From Camelus dromedarius (Eukaryota), in contig NC_087437.1 of the NCBI RefSeq assembly GCF_036321535.1, forward strand, positions 64,296,001 through 64,360,000: a stretch of 64,000 bases of DNA. Direction: 5' to 3'. Position 1 is the first letter of the stretch, and the number at the start of each line of letters is the position of its first letter. Under the pieces are notes generated by a model. The model saw only the letters and a list, made by a program, of their open reading frames with translations, made no database searches and had not been told where the DNA came from. Position numbers and translations under genes: made by a program. Of the stretch, positions 1 through 13,200 are shown piece after piece.

Positions 1-1589
1 ACAAGTGGCTCACATCAACCAAGCACTGAAAATGAGCTTCACCACTTTGCCAACAGGAGGAGGCAGGGCCGAGCACCCGCACCACACCCCCAGCGCAGCT
101 TCCTTTACTCTCCATACTGTGTGGAGTACCCACTGCAGTAACTCTCCATTACAGCTTACTGATCCTCCAACGTGGCTCGAGGGTATGATTTGACCAAACT
201 TAAACCACGATGCTTTATTGATAGTTTAAATAATTAACATCCCTTAAAGAAAGAAATCTAAATGCAAACAGTTTATGCAAACCAGTATCCTTTACAAGGA
301 CTTCTGAGTACCTAATACCTATTAACAATTTATGTGTAACTGACTGTACTTCAACTTTTAAAAAAAGGCTGAGAAAAAAACAATTTATGTGAACTATTTC
401 TTAAGGAAACTAGAAAAACCCAGCCCCCTTCCCAGTTCTCCAAGCAGCAAGTGAAGAGAGATGCAGGTAGCAGCAGAGGGGGCAGGACATCAAATTAGCT
501 CACCTGTGATAGTTATTTATCAGTGTAATTTAATAAACTTCTTTTGGGAAAGAAAAGGTAGCAAGTGGTTGACAGTGTTGAGGGGCTGCTGATGATAAGC
601 TTACTTGGATTTGCCCACCAGGAGCTCATAAGTGACCTTTGCCAGAGCAGTTCCAGGGGATGATGTGGCTAGAGGCTTCACTGCAGTGGATTTATGGTCT
701 TGGGCTGCCACACGTCCTCCAAGTGCAGAAATGGGGACTGTTCTGCAACAGGACACATATAGGGCTTTGTTTGCGCCTGGACAGATGGTGAGGCTGATTC
801 TGAGCTGTCTTCTAGTTATCTCCACATTGTACAAACTAGGCTGGCAGCATCAGAATTGTTTGAAATCGAAACTCTGCTAGTGGTGGACTTATCGCTCAGG
901 AGATGTTTTAATTGTCTCAGGCATTGTCCCTGGTGTCCAGGGGAGTTGCTGAGTCTACAGGGAGGTTATCCAGTTCCAGGCTGTCTCCACTGCTTTTTCA
1001 TATAACAGAGAACCATGCAGTTACTCTGTTAGAGATTGCCAACCTGGAATTTCTGGGACAGTCCTAGTTGAAAGCATTCTGCATGGCAGATTGATCATAC
1101 ATGTCTATCACTACTTCACATAATTCCACTAAGAGGATAGTGAGAAAATTTAAAAAGTATAGATCTGCAATGACAGAGAGAACAAAGGAGTGGAGACGAG
1201 ACTAAATGCATTCTGGGGAGATGGAAAGTGAATGGAGCAATCAGAAGTGATTTAGCAGAGCAGGACAGTTTACAGAGGGAGCTATGGCAGAAAAGCAAGA
1301 TGACTCCCTAGAAGGCCTCAGAAATTGGAGTGTTGGGTATTGTGAAATGTGAGGATGAGGTACAAGGCTAAAAGGGGGAAATGGTTGAAATTATCTAAGT
1401 TGAGAGGTTGGAACCCAGATCTCTTGTCCGATCCCACACAGCAATTCCTTCCTCCATTTTACCCCTCCCCAACAAAAGAAGACTAAGACCCTTTCTTTAA
1501 AGACCCAATTGTTGAGGGTCCAAATTTGGAGACTCCAGGAAAGGTGAAATCACACTGATGGGGTTTGGCACTAGAACAGTGTTTCTCCT

Positions 1590-1852
1590 TTTTCTTCCTT
1601 TGTGTAATTTGTTTATTGAAGATACCTGGTGATTTGTCCTACAGAGTTTCCCACAATCTAAAATATGCTGATTGCAATGTGGTATAATTTAACATGTTCC
1701 TCTATTCCCTATATCATCTGTAAATTGATGGTTAGATCTAAAGACTTAATTAAATATAGATTCTGGCAAGATTACTTCATAGGTGTTATTGCGTACTTTT
1801 TAAAGAAATACATAATATCTGATTTTCTGTGTCTGTGTATGTGTGTGTTTGT

Positions 1853-1908
<56 letters not shown>

Positions 1909-2410
1909 GCGCCATTGATGATGGTTTCCCAGGTCCATTAATTCTTTAGGTGTTACAATGTATTGGTTGGACTACTGTTAGGAGAAACTTCTCATCTACT
2001 ATTTGTTTACCCAATAATATGGTCATACAGGAGAGAGGCAGGATAAATGTTTGATACTCTGTCTTTATTCACCAGTTTTCAAATAATGAGCTGGTTTGGT
2101 AGTATCTGTCGATGATGATCAGAAAAATTTATTCTTTTATTATTATTATTATTATTACAGACTCATGGCTTTAAATATTGTTGATGTTTCAATCCGTTGC
2201 AGTTATCTTTCATGACTATTCTCTTTCACCAGTAGGTGGCCTTTTCAAGTTGGCTTCTGGGTCCCATGACATGATGACCCTAGTGGTCTTTGATTGCTCC
2301 CTTGCTATTTGGTGTGAGTTGTCCCAGGCAGTCTGTACATTTCCTGCCCCAGACCTGGAATTAGCTGTTTCTCCAAGAAGCCTTTACGTCTTTCAGTGAG
2401 AAATGGTTAC
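1590..2410 (-). mobile_element. Old L1 (L1M/L1ME-type) 3' fragments
   Basis: Degenerate sequence resembling old L1 3' ends; boundaries approximate. Confidence 0.45.
1828..1905. repeat. (TG)n microsatellite
   Basis: Direct observation. Confidence 0.95.
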
Positions 2411-2429
2411 TGATTTATTTTAAATATAA

Positions 2430-3111
2430 ATAAATAGCCAAAAATCACCAGACACTTGAGGAAAGCCTCTAAAGTGAAAGAGAAAGATCAAAACAAACAA
2501 GCAAACAGAATGAAAGAAGCTGTAAGATTACAAACAGGAAAAATGCAAGAAATACAAGAAAACATTTTAAAAATTAATTAGAAAAAACTAATTAGAATCT
2601 TCTGGGATATAAAAATATATTTTGTTTCTAAGACACTAAATTAAAAATATGAAAATTAAAAATGTGATTGGGGAAATAAAAATTGAATTGAAGGATTAGA
2701 AGATAAAGTTGAAGAAAAATCTCTCAGAAATTAGAGCAACAACAAAAAACAAGAAATGAGAAACAGGAGAGAAATAACAGAAAACTAGAGGATCATTGCA
2801 CAAGGGCCAACAGTGGATTGGATTAGTAACAGTTACTAGAAAGAGAACAGACGAAAAGATGAGGAAGAAATTAAGGATGAAATAACATAAAATTTGCCAA
2901 AACAGAGGATGAGTCTTCACATTGAAAGGGCTGACTGTGCTCCCAAGAGACCTGCAATAAGGCACATCAGTGTGAATTTCGGGATACTGTTATCAAAGAG
3001 ATGATCCTAAAAGCTTCTAGCTTTTTTTCCTGAAAGAAAGAAAAAGGAAGGAAGGAAGGAAGAAGAAAAAAGAGAAAAGAGAGAGAGAGAGAGAGAGAGA
3101 GAAGGAAAGAA

Positions 3112-3159
<48 letters not shown>

Positions 3160-3830
3160 AAAGAAAAGAAAAGAAAAGAAAAGAAAAGAAAAGAAAAGAA
3201 AAGAAAAGAAAAGAAAAGAAAAAGAAAAAAAAGAAAGAAAGAAAGAAAACGATCACTACAAAAGATGGGGAATAAGGATTATACCAGACGTCTCAATAGC
3301 AACACTGAAATCTAGAAGACAATGGAGGAATAAATGCCTTTAAAATTCCAAGTGAAAATTATTTTCAATATAGAATTCTATATCAAAATGATCAACCAAG
3401 TATGAAGATAGAATGAATCAGACATGCAAGAATTTTTAAAAATTGATCTACCATGTTCCTTTTCATAGGAAGATACTGGAGATGTGTTCTACCAGAATAA
3501 GCAAGTAATTCAAGAAAGAGGGAAGCGTGGGATTCAGCAAACAGGAGAGGAGAGGAGGTAAGTCCCAGGTTAACAGCCAAACAGGAGGCCTCAAGAGCAA
3601 CTAGTCCATACTTGGGCAGGAGGCTGGAGGATGGGGCAGGAGGAAGAGGATGGGAACTAATTGGTTATTGGAACCATTTGTGTGTACAGTTAGCAAATGA
3701 TATTGAAGGGAACTGTTAGGCATTTGGGAAAAGTGAGTGATAAGTACATTGCAAAACAAGCCAATGAAGAAAATCGAGACAATTATTCAGTCCAAGAAAA
3801 ACAAAAAGTTGGTTACGAAAGGAAAATTTA
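2430..3830 (+). mobile_element. Degenerate HAL1/L1M ORF1-like fragment
   Basis: A-rich ORF1-like text (aaaaatcaccagacact..., cagacgtctcaatagcaacactgaaatctagaagacaatggag, tagaattctatat). Confidence 0.55.
3031..3249. repeat. Compound polypurine microsatellite (GGAA)n/(GA)n/(GAAA)n/(GAAAA)n
   Basis: About 220 nt of pure purines on + strand. Confidence 0.95.
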
Positions 3831-3837
3831 TCAGAAT

Positions 3838-4494
3838 AGGCACAATTCATTAGTTCTCAGATGCACATGTTTTTCCATTTACTGAGTCTGAAATCAGGCC
3901 ACATCTTTCTGTCAAAGGCATCCTACAGTTACCGTTGGCAGGACCATAGTCTGTCTTCTGACTTGACGATAGCAACCCATTGACATTTCAGTCCACAAAC
4001 CATTTTAGGATCATATGAAGAGAGAATATGAACCCTAGTTTTTCAGAAAAACTTCTGTGGATACCTTCTGGTAAGCTCAAGAAAGTGCCAGCATCCAACC
4101 TGCAGAATGGGGTCAATAACTTGGAAGAAAATTCTGGAAACCAGAGTGAAATACTCCTGAAGAATCTCTGCATCACTGACATCCTGGGTGGTTCCAAAAA
4201 ATGATTGTCTAAAATAAGCAAAGAAAACAACAACGAAAAAGGAGCATTGACAACTTTTCTAAGTAATTCAGAAGAGATGACCTCTGAATTCAAAGAAGGT
4301 TTAAGAATACTTAATTAGCTTACATCTTTCTTTGTTGTGTGCACAAGGTTGATATATGATTAAAATGTATTTCTAAGTACGAGCACTTGCAATAAGCTTA
4401 CATTAAAAATTTAAGTAATAAAGGAGTTTGGCAACATATTCTCTTAGTGGTTCGTATTACAATTGATGATGTCTTACATTCAGAGAAATCTGGG
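3838..4494 (+). mobile_element. TcMar-Tc2/pogo-like DNA transposon fossil (Kanga/MER104-like)
   Basis: Degenerate ends resembling MER104 termini. 3973-4032 translates QPIDISVHKPF*DHMKREYE, similar to the pogo DDE_1 QPLDV motif. Confidence 0.7.
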
Positions 4495-4524
4495 GTACTG
4501 GTTGATAGCAGTGAACAATTTTTT

Positions 4525-4772
4525 TAAATTTTATTTTATTGAGTTATAGTCAGTTTACAATGTTGTGTCAATTTCCAGTGTAGAGCACAATTTTCAGTTA
4601 TACGTGAACATACATATATTCATTGTCACATTGTTTTTCACCGTGAGCTACCACAAGATCTTGTATATATTTCCCTGTGCTGTACAGTATAATCTTGTTT
4701 ATCTATTCTATATATACCTGTCAGTATCTACAAATTTCAAACTCCCAGTCTGTCCCTTCCCACCCTTCTCCC
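4525..4772 (-). mobile_element. 5'-truncated L1 3' end with 18-bp TSD
   Basis: TSD agcagtgaacaatttttt at 4507-4524 and 4773-4790; L1 3'UTR text. Confidence 0.85.
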
Positions 4773-5289
4773 AGCAGTGAACAATTTTTTCATATTCACA
4801 ATGGTGTAAATACTGGTATTGATTTTAATGTAAAGTATTAAATAATTAATATTAAATAATTATAATGTGAGGACAGGGAGAGGGGAAGTGCTTTGGGGTG
4901 GGGGAAAATAGGGGATGGGTAAGTAGAAAAAGCTTTCACCTCCGTAACAGAAGTCAGAAGATGAAGTCTGAGACTGATACATATTTTTGAGAAAATGGAT
5001 TTTTAAAAACATGTACAAAAAAAAGCTAAAAGAGTTTAAAGTAGGTCTTGAGAAATGGAGTTGGGGTGTGGGAGGAGTCAGTTGCTGGGGTTTCTTTAAA
5101 TTTTTTCATACGCTTTAACTTTTTCAACTCTGTGCATCATTACTTTGGTAAAAATAATTTTTAAAATAAAAAATAAATAAATGACTCAAACAAGTCTGTT
5201 CTGTTATCATTATAAATACACATTTTCAGGCCATATGTTCTAACTTTTGGTTTGAGAAATCTACTCACTGTAAGAGGCTGTAGGATGTA

Positions 5290-5500
5290 ACAGAGCTTGG
5301 CTCTGGTGTCAGTTGTCTGGGTTTGCATCTTGGGTTTGTTGCTTACTAGCTTTGTGACCTTGGGAAAATTGCGCAGCCTCTCTGAGCTTCATTTTCCTCA
5401 CCTGTAAAATGAGCAAAAGGCCACATGTCTCACTGGCTCTGGTAAGGATTAGAGAGAAAGGTGTGCCAAGTACCTGTCTCAATGTTCAGCATTGTGTGAT
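5290..5500 (+). mobile_element. MIR SINE
   Basis: Core cttactagctttgtgaccttggg...cctctctgagc...cctgtaaaatg. Confidence 0.75.
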
Positions 5501-7231
5501 TTTAACTCCTTTTGATTGTACACACCTGTCCCCCATCCTCCCCCACAATGGGATTCCCACCCCTTTAGAGGTAAGGCTGACCCCTTCAAAGTACCCCTGT
5601 GCTCAGGGACCCCATGGCCCCAGCAAAGTCTCTGTCTACACAGTCCCCTCGCAGCCGCCCACTGTCCAGAGCTTCAGGCCCACGTATCTGCAGTGTTTGT
5701 GGGTCATTGCCCTTTTCTGCCCCCAGAGGACCTGAGTTTGCTTCTTTATACCCCTCTTTCCTCTCACATCAGTCTGGGAGCTGATGGGGTGCTGAGCATG
5801 ACAATGGCTCCATTGTTCCTGTTCAGATGAACCCCATGGCTCGAGGGCCAGATGCCAGGGGTCATTTGCCCTCTTCCAAGGTCTGAGAGCAGAGGCCTGA
5901 GCTCCAGGCCTGGAATACCAGGATGAGCCCAGCCTGGCCATCGGTCTGATGGAGGCATGACCAAAATCGCCACCCAGCTCCTGAATCCAGAATCTGCAGA
6001 AGTCAGCTCTCCCTCTGCCCTACCAGGCAGGTCCTGGGGCTGAGGGTGGGCTGCAGCCTGGACAGTAGAGAGCGGCCTGGCCTCTCCCTCTCCTGGCACC
6101 TCCTCTCCTCCCACACCCTGGCCCCTGGAGCTCTGCAGGTAGTGACCGCACACCTAGAAGGAGATTTGTTAGATTTTAAAAGTAGGTGGGGTTCTGCCCC
6201 CATTTGCCCATTTGGATGGAGGAGCAGCTTGCTTAGGGCTCCCTCTCCCAGGACAGGTAGGCAGTTCATGTTTATACATGTGACCCAGAAATATATAATG
6301 AGCCACCCTCCAGGGCTGACGCTGCCTGGATGTGAAGGGTATGACTCCTCCCCCCACTGCTCTTCGCAGGCTGGGTGGGCTCTTGGAAAGTATAGGCAGA
6401 ATAGAAGAAGAGGGAGAGGGGTTTCCTGGGTGGGGTTAGCCCTCTCCTAATGCCATAGGCACTTGAGAACAGGTAATGTCCTCTGGGTCCCTGAGTGGAA
6501 GCTGCATGCCCAAAACATGACCCCAAGATAGAGCATGAGTGATGCTACAGGGAAATAAGGAAGCAGATGGCACAGAGGTGGGGGGAGGGGAGCAAGTGAG
6601 AAAGGGGAAGTCCTGGGTCCTTAAGACAGTGGAATAAAGAGAAAAAACACACCTAGCCTTTGAATCAGGAATGTGGGTTCCAATCTCTGCTTTACCACAC
6701 ACCTGCAGTGAGTCATACAGAACTCATCAGTTTCTTCATCTGCTAAGGGAGGGAAAAAAACCACTCAAAACCACTTTCCAGGGTTGTAGTGGGAAAGTGA
6801 AATTGATCTCCTGTATCTAAGGTTTGCAAATTTAGCCTTTCCTCCCTTCCTGCTTCCGGTTCATTTGAGACACATCTGGAGGCACACTGCCCGCTTCCCA
6901 CTCAGGGCCTGGGGTGGGATTGAAAGTCCTCCTTGGCCACTCAAATCTCCCCAGCTGACCTGGGGACAGAGGCCTGGGGAGATCCCTGGCCACATGGGGA
7001 AGATGAAAAGCTGTTACTCCAGGCCTCCCCCTGACACAAGCAAGTGTGAGGGTTTTGGGCTGAGGGCATGTCTCTGGGTCAGAAGGTCTGGCAGCCTTGC
7101 TGGGTCCATGTGGCTTTTGTGAGAGAAACCTTACTCTGCAGGCCATGGCCAGCCCCTTCCCAGCTCCCTGTCCTCTCCTGCTCTGGCTGTGAGTGGCACA
7201 GCCATGTGACATCTGTGTGCTCCTCCCACAG

Positions 7232-7294
7232 GCCACAGAGTGGGCCTCCAACGAGGACACGCGCCGCTCCTGCCAAAGCAAAGGGAAGACCGAG
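7232..7294 (+). CDS. SEMA5B: SEMA5B exon, Sema domain (ATEWASNEDTRRSCQSKGKTE)
   Basis: cccacag| ... GAG|gtacgt, 63 nt, phase 0/0. Confidence 0.95.
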
Positions 7295-10200
7295 GTACGT
7301 GGCCTTGGTAGCCAGGGGCCTGCGTGGCTTGGAGCCAGCAGGAGACTTGTAGCTGTGGGGATGGAAGGGCATCGTGTGGGCTCCAGGCCGCCAGCCTGGG
7401 TGAGCTGGAGGCTCCCAGTGCAGGTGAGGATGCAGCCTGAGCATCTGAGTGGGCAGTGAGGCAGGGAGACAGCCTGGGAAGGAGGTGTGGGGGAGGAGGT
7501 GTCCACAGATGCAACCTCTTCTTCAGACTTGGGTGCATCTGGGGCAGAGAAGAGTGCTGTCAGATATTTGCAGTGCAGCGGCATGAGGGAAAGACACCCA
7601 GCACCGCACCTGGAGAGCTGGTACCGCTATTACTTCCCCTTTCTTACTTCAGGAGGAGTGTCAGAACTACGTGCGAGTCCTGATCATCACTGGCCGGAAA
7701 GTGTTCATGTGTGGGACCAACGCCTTTTCCCCAGTGTGCTCCAGCAGACAGGTGGGGGCACCAAGGGGTTCTCTCGCCCCGGCACATAGCCTTGTCATAG
7801 GGTTGCCAATTCAACACAAGAACCAAAACAAAAAAAAAGATGCCCAGTTAGATTTGAATTTCAGATAAACAACAAATGGTATATTAGGAAATGTATGTCC
7901 CATGTAAGATGTGGGCTATACTTATACTAAAAAAAAAAAAATGATTCATTGTTCATGAGAATTCAAATTTAAGTAGGCCTCCAGTGTTTTATGAGTCAGC
8001 TTCACCATGGAGGGTCCTGACTAGGGGCAGGGGCCCAAGGAAGAAGGAGCTCTTGACACAACCTCCCTCTCCACGGTGGCTGCTCCCTCAGAGGTACTAA
8101 GGGTGGGCAGTGAGGAGGAAGTGGAAGCAGGAAGAGGCCCAGGGAGCCCATGGGCCCAGGAGGAAACAAAACTCTGGGGTGGGAAGAACAGGTAGCCCCA
8201 GGGTCTCAGGGGAAAGCACTCCATCTCCCCATTGTCCTCAGGTGGGGAACCTCAGCCGGACCATGGAGAAGATCAATGGTGTGGCCCGCTGCCCCTACGA
8301 CCCACGCCACAACTCCACGGCTGTCATCTCCTCCCATGGGGAGCTCTACGCGGCTACGGTCATCGACTTCTCAGGTCGGGACCCTGCCATCTACCGCAGC
8401 CTGGGCAGTGGGCCACCACTTCGGACTGCCCAGTATAACTCCAAGTGGCTCAATGGTAAGGAGGCCCGGCCCCAGGGGGCTCCCCTGGTTTGGACCCAGC
8501 CAGCCCACCCTGGGCCCCATCAGTCCTCCTTCCTGCCCAACCTCTGAAAGGGCCCCGAGGGAGTCAGATGCTTGCCCAAGAACCACAACATGTCAGAGAT
8601 GGACTCCAGGTGAAATCACAGAGGTCCTGAGGACCTCAAGCAGATGGAGGGCAGGCTATGAAGGGAGAGAGTTAGGAACTGATGAAGAGGAAAGGTTATG
8701 GGAAAGAAGAGATTGGGGGAGGGCTATATGAGTTTCCTGACCTTGGGAATTAAATCCTTGCTTCTCCACTAACAAGCCATCTGGCAAGTACTTGACCTGT
8801 CTGTGCCACAGTGTTCTCACCTGTAATATGGGGGCAATCATTGTACTTACCTCATTGGTTGTTGAGAGGATCAAATGGGCTAATCCATATAAAGTACTTA
8901 TAATAGTGTCTGGTGCACAGTGACTGCTCAGTCACACGTGTTAACTCTTATTATAACTGCACTTTGTGTTGTACTTACATAGAGCCCCCAGGTCACCAAG
9001 CTGGCAGGGGGGTGTCAGGATGCTCACCTGAGGAAACGGAGGTAGTCGAGTTCTCCCAACGCTGCCCTCTTCCTCCCTCCTGTCCTGACCCACCCGTTGT
9101 TCCTCTTCTGCCCCCAGAGCCAAACTTCGTAGCAGCCTATGATATTGGGCTGTTTGCATACTTCTTCCTGCGGGAGAACGCGGTGGAGCATGACTGTGGG
9201 CGCACCGTGTACTCTCGGGTGGCCCGCGTGTGCAAGAATGACGTGGGGGGCCGCTTCCTACTGGAGGACACTTGGACCACGTTCATGAAGGCCCGGCTCA
9301 ACTGCTCCCGCCCGGGCGAGGTCCCCTTCTACTACAACGAGCTGCAAAGTGCCTTTCACCTGCCCGAGCAGGACCTCATCTACGGGGTCTTCACCACCAA
9401 CGTGTGAGTCCCTGTCCTCACCCTTCCCTTGATATCATGGAAGGGCTCTGACCTGCCTTCGCAGCCTGGTGGCCTTGGGCAAGTCCCTCTCTGAGCCTCT
9501 GTTTCTCTTTCTGTAAAATGGGGACTGCCATGCATTCTGCACTGGGATTTGGTGACTTGCTGCCTCTGGAGAGGTAAGCACTCATTCTGAGTTGCTGTGA
9601 AGGGCAGGCCGAGGCCAGATAGGAAGAAAGTAAAAGGAGCTGGATTGTGGCTCCAGGAAGGAAGACTTGCTGGTGATGAAAGTGAAGGAGGCTGCCTTTG
9701 ATGAGGGCGGGGGATGGCAGCCCCAGGCGGTCTGACAGCTGCCCATCGGGGAGGCTCAGAGGGCATTCTTTACCCTTCCAACTTCAGTGTTCTATGATCC
9801 TGCTAAATCTAACCAGCAGAGTCTTCTGGCCATCCTAACTGCACTGGAAAACACAGGCTGGGAATTAGAACCTCTTTTGTCTCCTAGGTGTAGGGAAGGG
9901 TAACCCCCATGGAGATCATGAGACTCTCCTTCCACTGCCTCCTCCCATGTAATGATTGACCATTCAGGTGATTTCTGTATGGGGGATGTTGAATGGGCAG
10001 CAGAGACCAAGGAATGCGTTTGTTGTACAGGATGCTGTGCGGGGCCCCTTGTGAGGACATCAGAAACATACGAGCCATGGTGTGGTGCTTTCTCACCTTG
10101 CACCCCAGCTAGCAGGCACTGGATGAGGGCCAGGCTAGCTACAGGGAGCACGGCCTGAGGGGGTGGACACGGAGGAGAGTAAAGCTGGGAAGCAGGGACA

Positions 10201-13200
10201 GAGAAGCCATCTAAGCAGGGGACAGACCTGCAGCACAGCCCACACAGGCCAGGAGCAGATAGCCGGGACTTAGTGACCAACCCACCATCAGCAGCAGACG
10301 GTGGGTAGCTGTGAGCAAAGGGCAGGAGTCACTGGAGAGGCACCAGGGGAAAAGGACATTAGTGTAGACTGCAAATCATTTATGTACTGTGTACCTTCTC
10401 CATACGAGGTGCTTGTCGTGGTAGAGGTCAGGGGCTTTGAGGACACACTAGTGAGCACGAGCAGACTTGACTCTGTCCATAAGGAGCTTATGTTTTTAAG
10501 AAGATGGTTACAAAATGCTCAGTTTCAACTGTGATACATGCTACAAAGGGAAAGGGCAGTGTGTAGGGAAGCTTCTGTCAGTATGGAGGGATGATGATCA
10601 GGGAAGGATTCCTGGAGGAAGTAACGTCTATAGGAGGGCTGAGAATTAACTAGGGGAGAGGAACATTCCAACCCAAGGGAACAGCATGTACAAAGCTTTG
10701 GGGTGGGAGGAAATGTCTGGGGAACTGAGACTCAAGTAGCAGGAACCTGGCAGGTGAGGAGGCGAAAGACAGGAGAGTTGGCTGAAGGGCGGGCATGGGA
10801 GGATTATGTCCGGGGAAGGGCCTTGTAGACTACTTTAAGGATTTTGATCTTTATCCTAAGAGTCAGAGGAAGTCATTGAAGGGTTTCAAGCAGGACAGGG
10901 ACTAGCTTGGATGTGCATTTTACAGTGCTCCCTCCAGCTGCTGTGTGGAGAATGGATTAGAGGAGATTGGACAGGCTGTGGGGACACTCCTGGAGGAGAC
11001 GGTGGGGGCTGAGACCAGGCAGAGGGGGAGTGAAGTGCACACAACAGGGAGAGGTACTAAGTACTGAGAACAGGCCTGGAAACATTTGGTGTAATGGTGT
11101 CCTTTCTCTGAACTGTTCACATCAGACTCATACACGTGTCTGACTCAGTGATGGAAAGGAATCAGAGGGATCATCTGGCTCTGGGTATTGGGCTGCAGAA
11201 GTGATCACCGGTTTGGTAACCAGGTTGTTGGTTTTTTTCTTTTTAAATAAAATAAATCAAACAGAATCAACTGAAATAAAAATACCAGAATATAATGTAT
11301 TTAGTAAGGGTAAGTACTGATTCATGAAAATTCATTGCAAACGTGTATGGTGCATGTATGTGTATGTCATACTGAGTTGTAATATGAAATATATTTCTTA
11401 CAGTGGCCATGGACTAAAATGTTTGGAAACCACTGACTTTACTTGACCCTCCCACTGGATGAAGGAAGGGGATGAGGAAGTAGCACAGAAGGGTCCACCA
11501 GTGCAGTGCTTCTCATCAGTGGGTCTTTCTTTCCCAGAGGGTCTCCAGAATGTGGGGACCATGTCTCCTCCTTCTGTAATGCTCCTGTTGTGCAGAAGTC
11601 ACCAGACTCATCCTAGGTGCCTAATAAGCCTTGGAGCTGTACCAGGCGGTGACTTTACAGCCAGCTGTGGGATTTACGGGGAGGAAGCCGGGGCTTCCTA
11701 GGAAGGCAGCACCCCGTCATCTCTTGCCTTTCAGAAACAGCATTGCCGCATCTGCTGTCTGCGCCTTCAACCTCAGTGCCATCTCTCAGGCTTTCAATGG
11801 CCCGTTTCGCTACCAGGAGAACCCCAGGGCTGCCTGGCTCCCCATCGCCAACCCCATCCCCGATTTCCAGGTACAGCTTCTCCTCCTCTTCCCCTCTCCT
11901 TACCACTTTCCCCCAGGCTACCAGCCACAAGTTGATTCCCAACTGCTTAATGCAAACACCAAACATGTCCCTGCTGATCTATGCCCATCTGTGGGGTCTG
12001 AGATGGTTCCCTATGAGGGTGGTAACCCCAAGATTGTGAAGTGAGAAAGAGAAAGTGGGTGAGATGCAGAGCAAGGGAGCCTGCTCTGAACCATCTCTAA
12101 TGTGACCCCTCACCTTCAGAGAGGCAGGGAGGTGGGACCTCAGCTCTACTCAGTGTAGGGGACCAGGAGAGCCCTCACAAGCTGTCTGACCAGAATTTGG
12201 GGATTTTAGCTGGAATTTGCTTGCAGTCTACCCAGCATGACTTTATCCTGGTCTCTGAGTGCCAAGAGTCCAGCCATGGTGGTGTGAGCATCCCCAGTGT
12301 GTGACAGAGAAGGGGAAGAGTCATGGGGCAAAGAAAGCTACTGATGGCTGACTTTCATGTCCATCCAACTTCCTGCTCAGGGGGCGGTATGGCTCTGGGA
12401 AAGACCTCAGGCTTTTCAGTCCTACAGTCCTGACCCAGATCTAGCCCTCTCTATGTGCGACCTTGGGCAAGTCACTCAACTTCCTTGAGTCCCTTTATCC
12501 TTATCTGGCACATCAGGATAATACTGTCGACCTCATAGATAGCTCGAGGGTTGATATGCACCTGGCACAGTGTCTAGAATGTAATAGAATGTTTAGTAAA
12601 TGGTAGTTGCCTTCTAGCTTTGGTTTAGAAGGTGTAAGAACCTTGAGCTGAGAGGGACACAGGAGAGGGAAGGTGGGGCTTGGCCCAACATGGAGGAGGG
12701 GCACCTACAGCAACAGCATGAAATCAAACACTTGTTATCCACACTCAAACGACCCATTTTTAGATAATCCAGCCCCCCTTTCATCTTCCTGTCCTCTTCC
12801 CCACCCCTGGCAGGTCTCCTTCCCCATCTTTCTAGCCTCATTTCCCCCTAGTTCCCAAAGAAGAGCCATCTCCATGGAAGAGGGTGAAGCGCATCCTGCA
12901 GGGATGCTTGGTTGGCGTGGGGAGCAGGGATTGGAGAATCAGAGTGTGGGTTGCAGAAGGAAGGAGGGGATAGCGGATGGCGGCAGCCAGGTGGCTGGGC
13001 ACGCATGACCTGACTCCCCGCCGCAGTGCGGCACCCTGCCCGAGGTGGGCCCCAACGAGAACCTGACGGAGCGCAGCCTGCAGGATGCGCAGCGCCTGTT
13101 CCTGATGAGTGAGGCCGTGCAGCCCGTGACACCCGAGCCTTGTGTCACCCAAGACAGTGTGCGCTTCTCACACCTCGTGGTGGACCTTGTGCAGGCCAAG

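Noticed and set aside
3017..3256. Phe/Ser/Leu-rich ORF, and Cys-Val or His-Thr ORFs elsewhere
   Set aside because: Translations of microsatellites
7508..7532. ctcttcttcagact resembling the upstream SEMA5B exon (NYLFRL)
   Set aside because: Wrong order, no splice sites or coding match; that exon is probably upstream of the window
6832..7584. 250-aa minus-strand ORF
   Set aside because: GC-rich intronic and antisense sequence with no domain or codon signal
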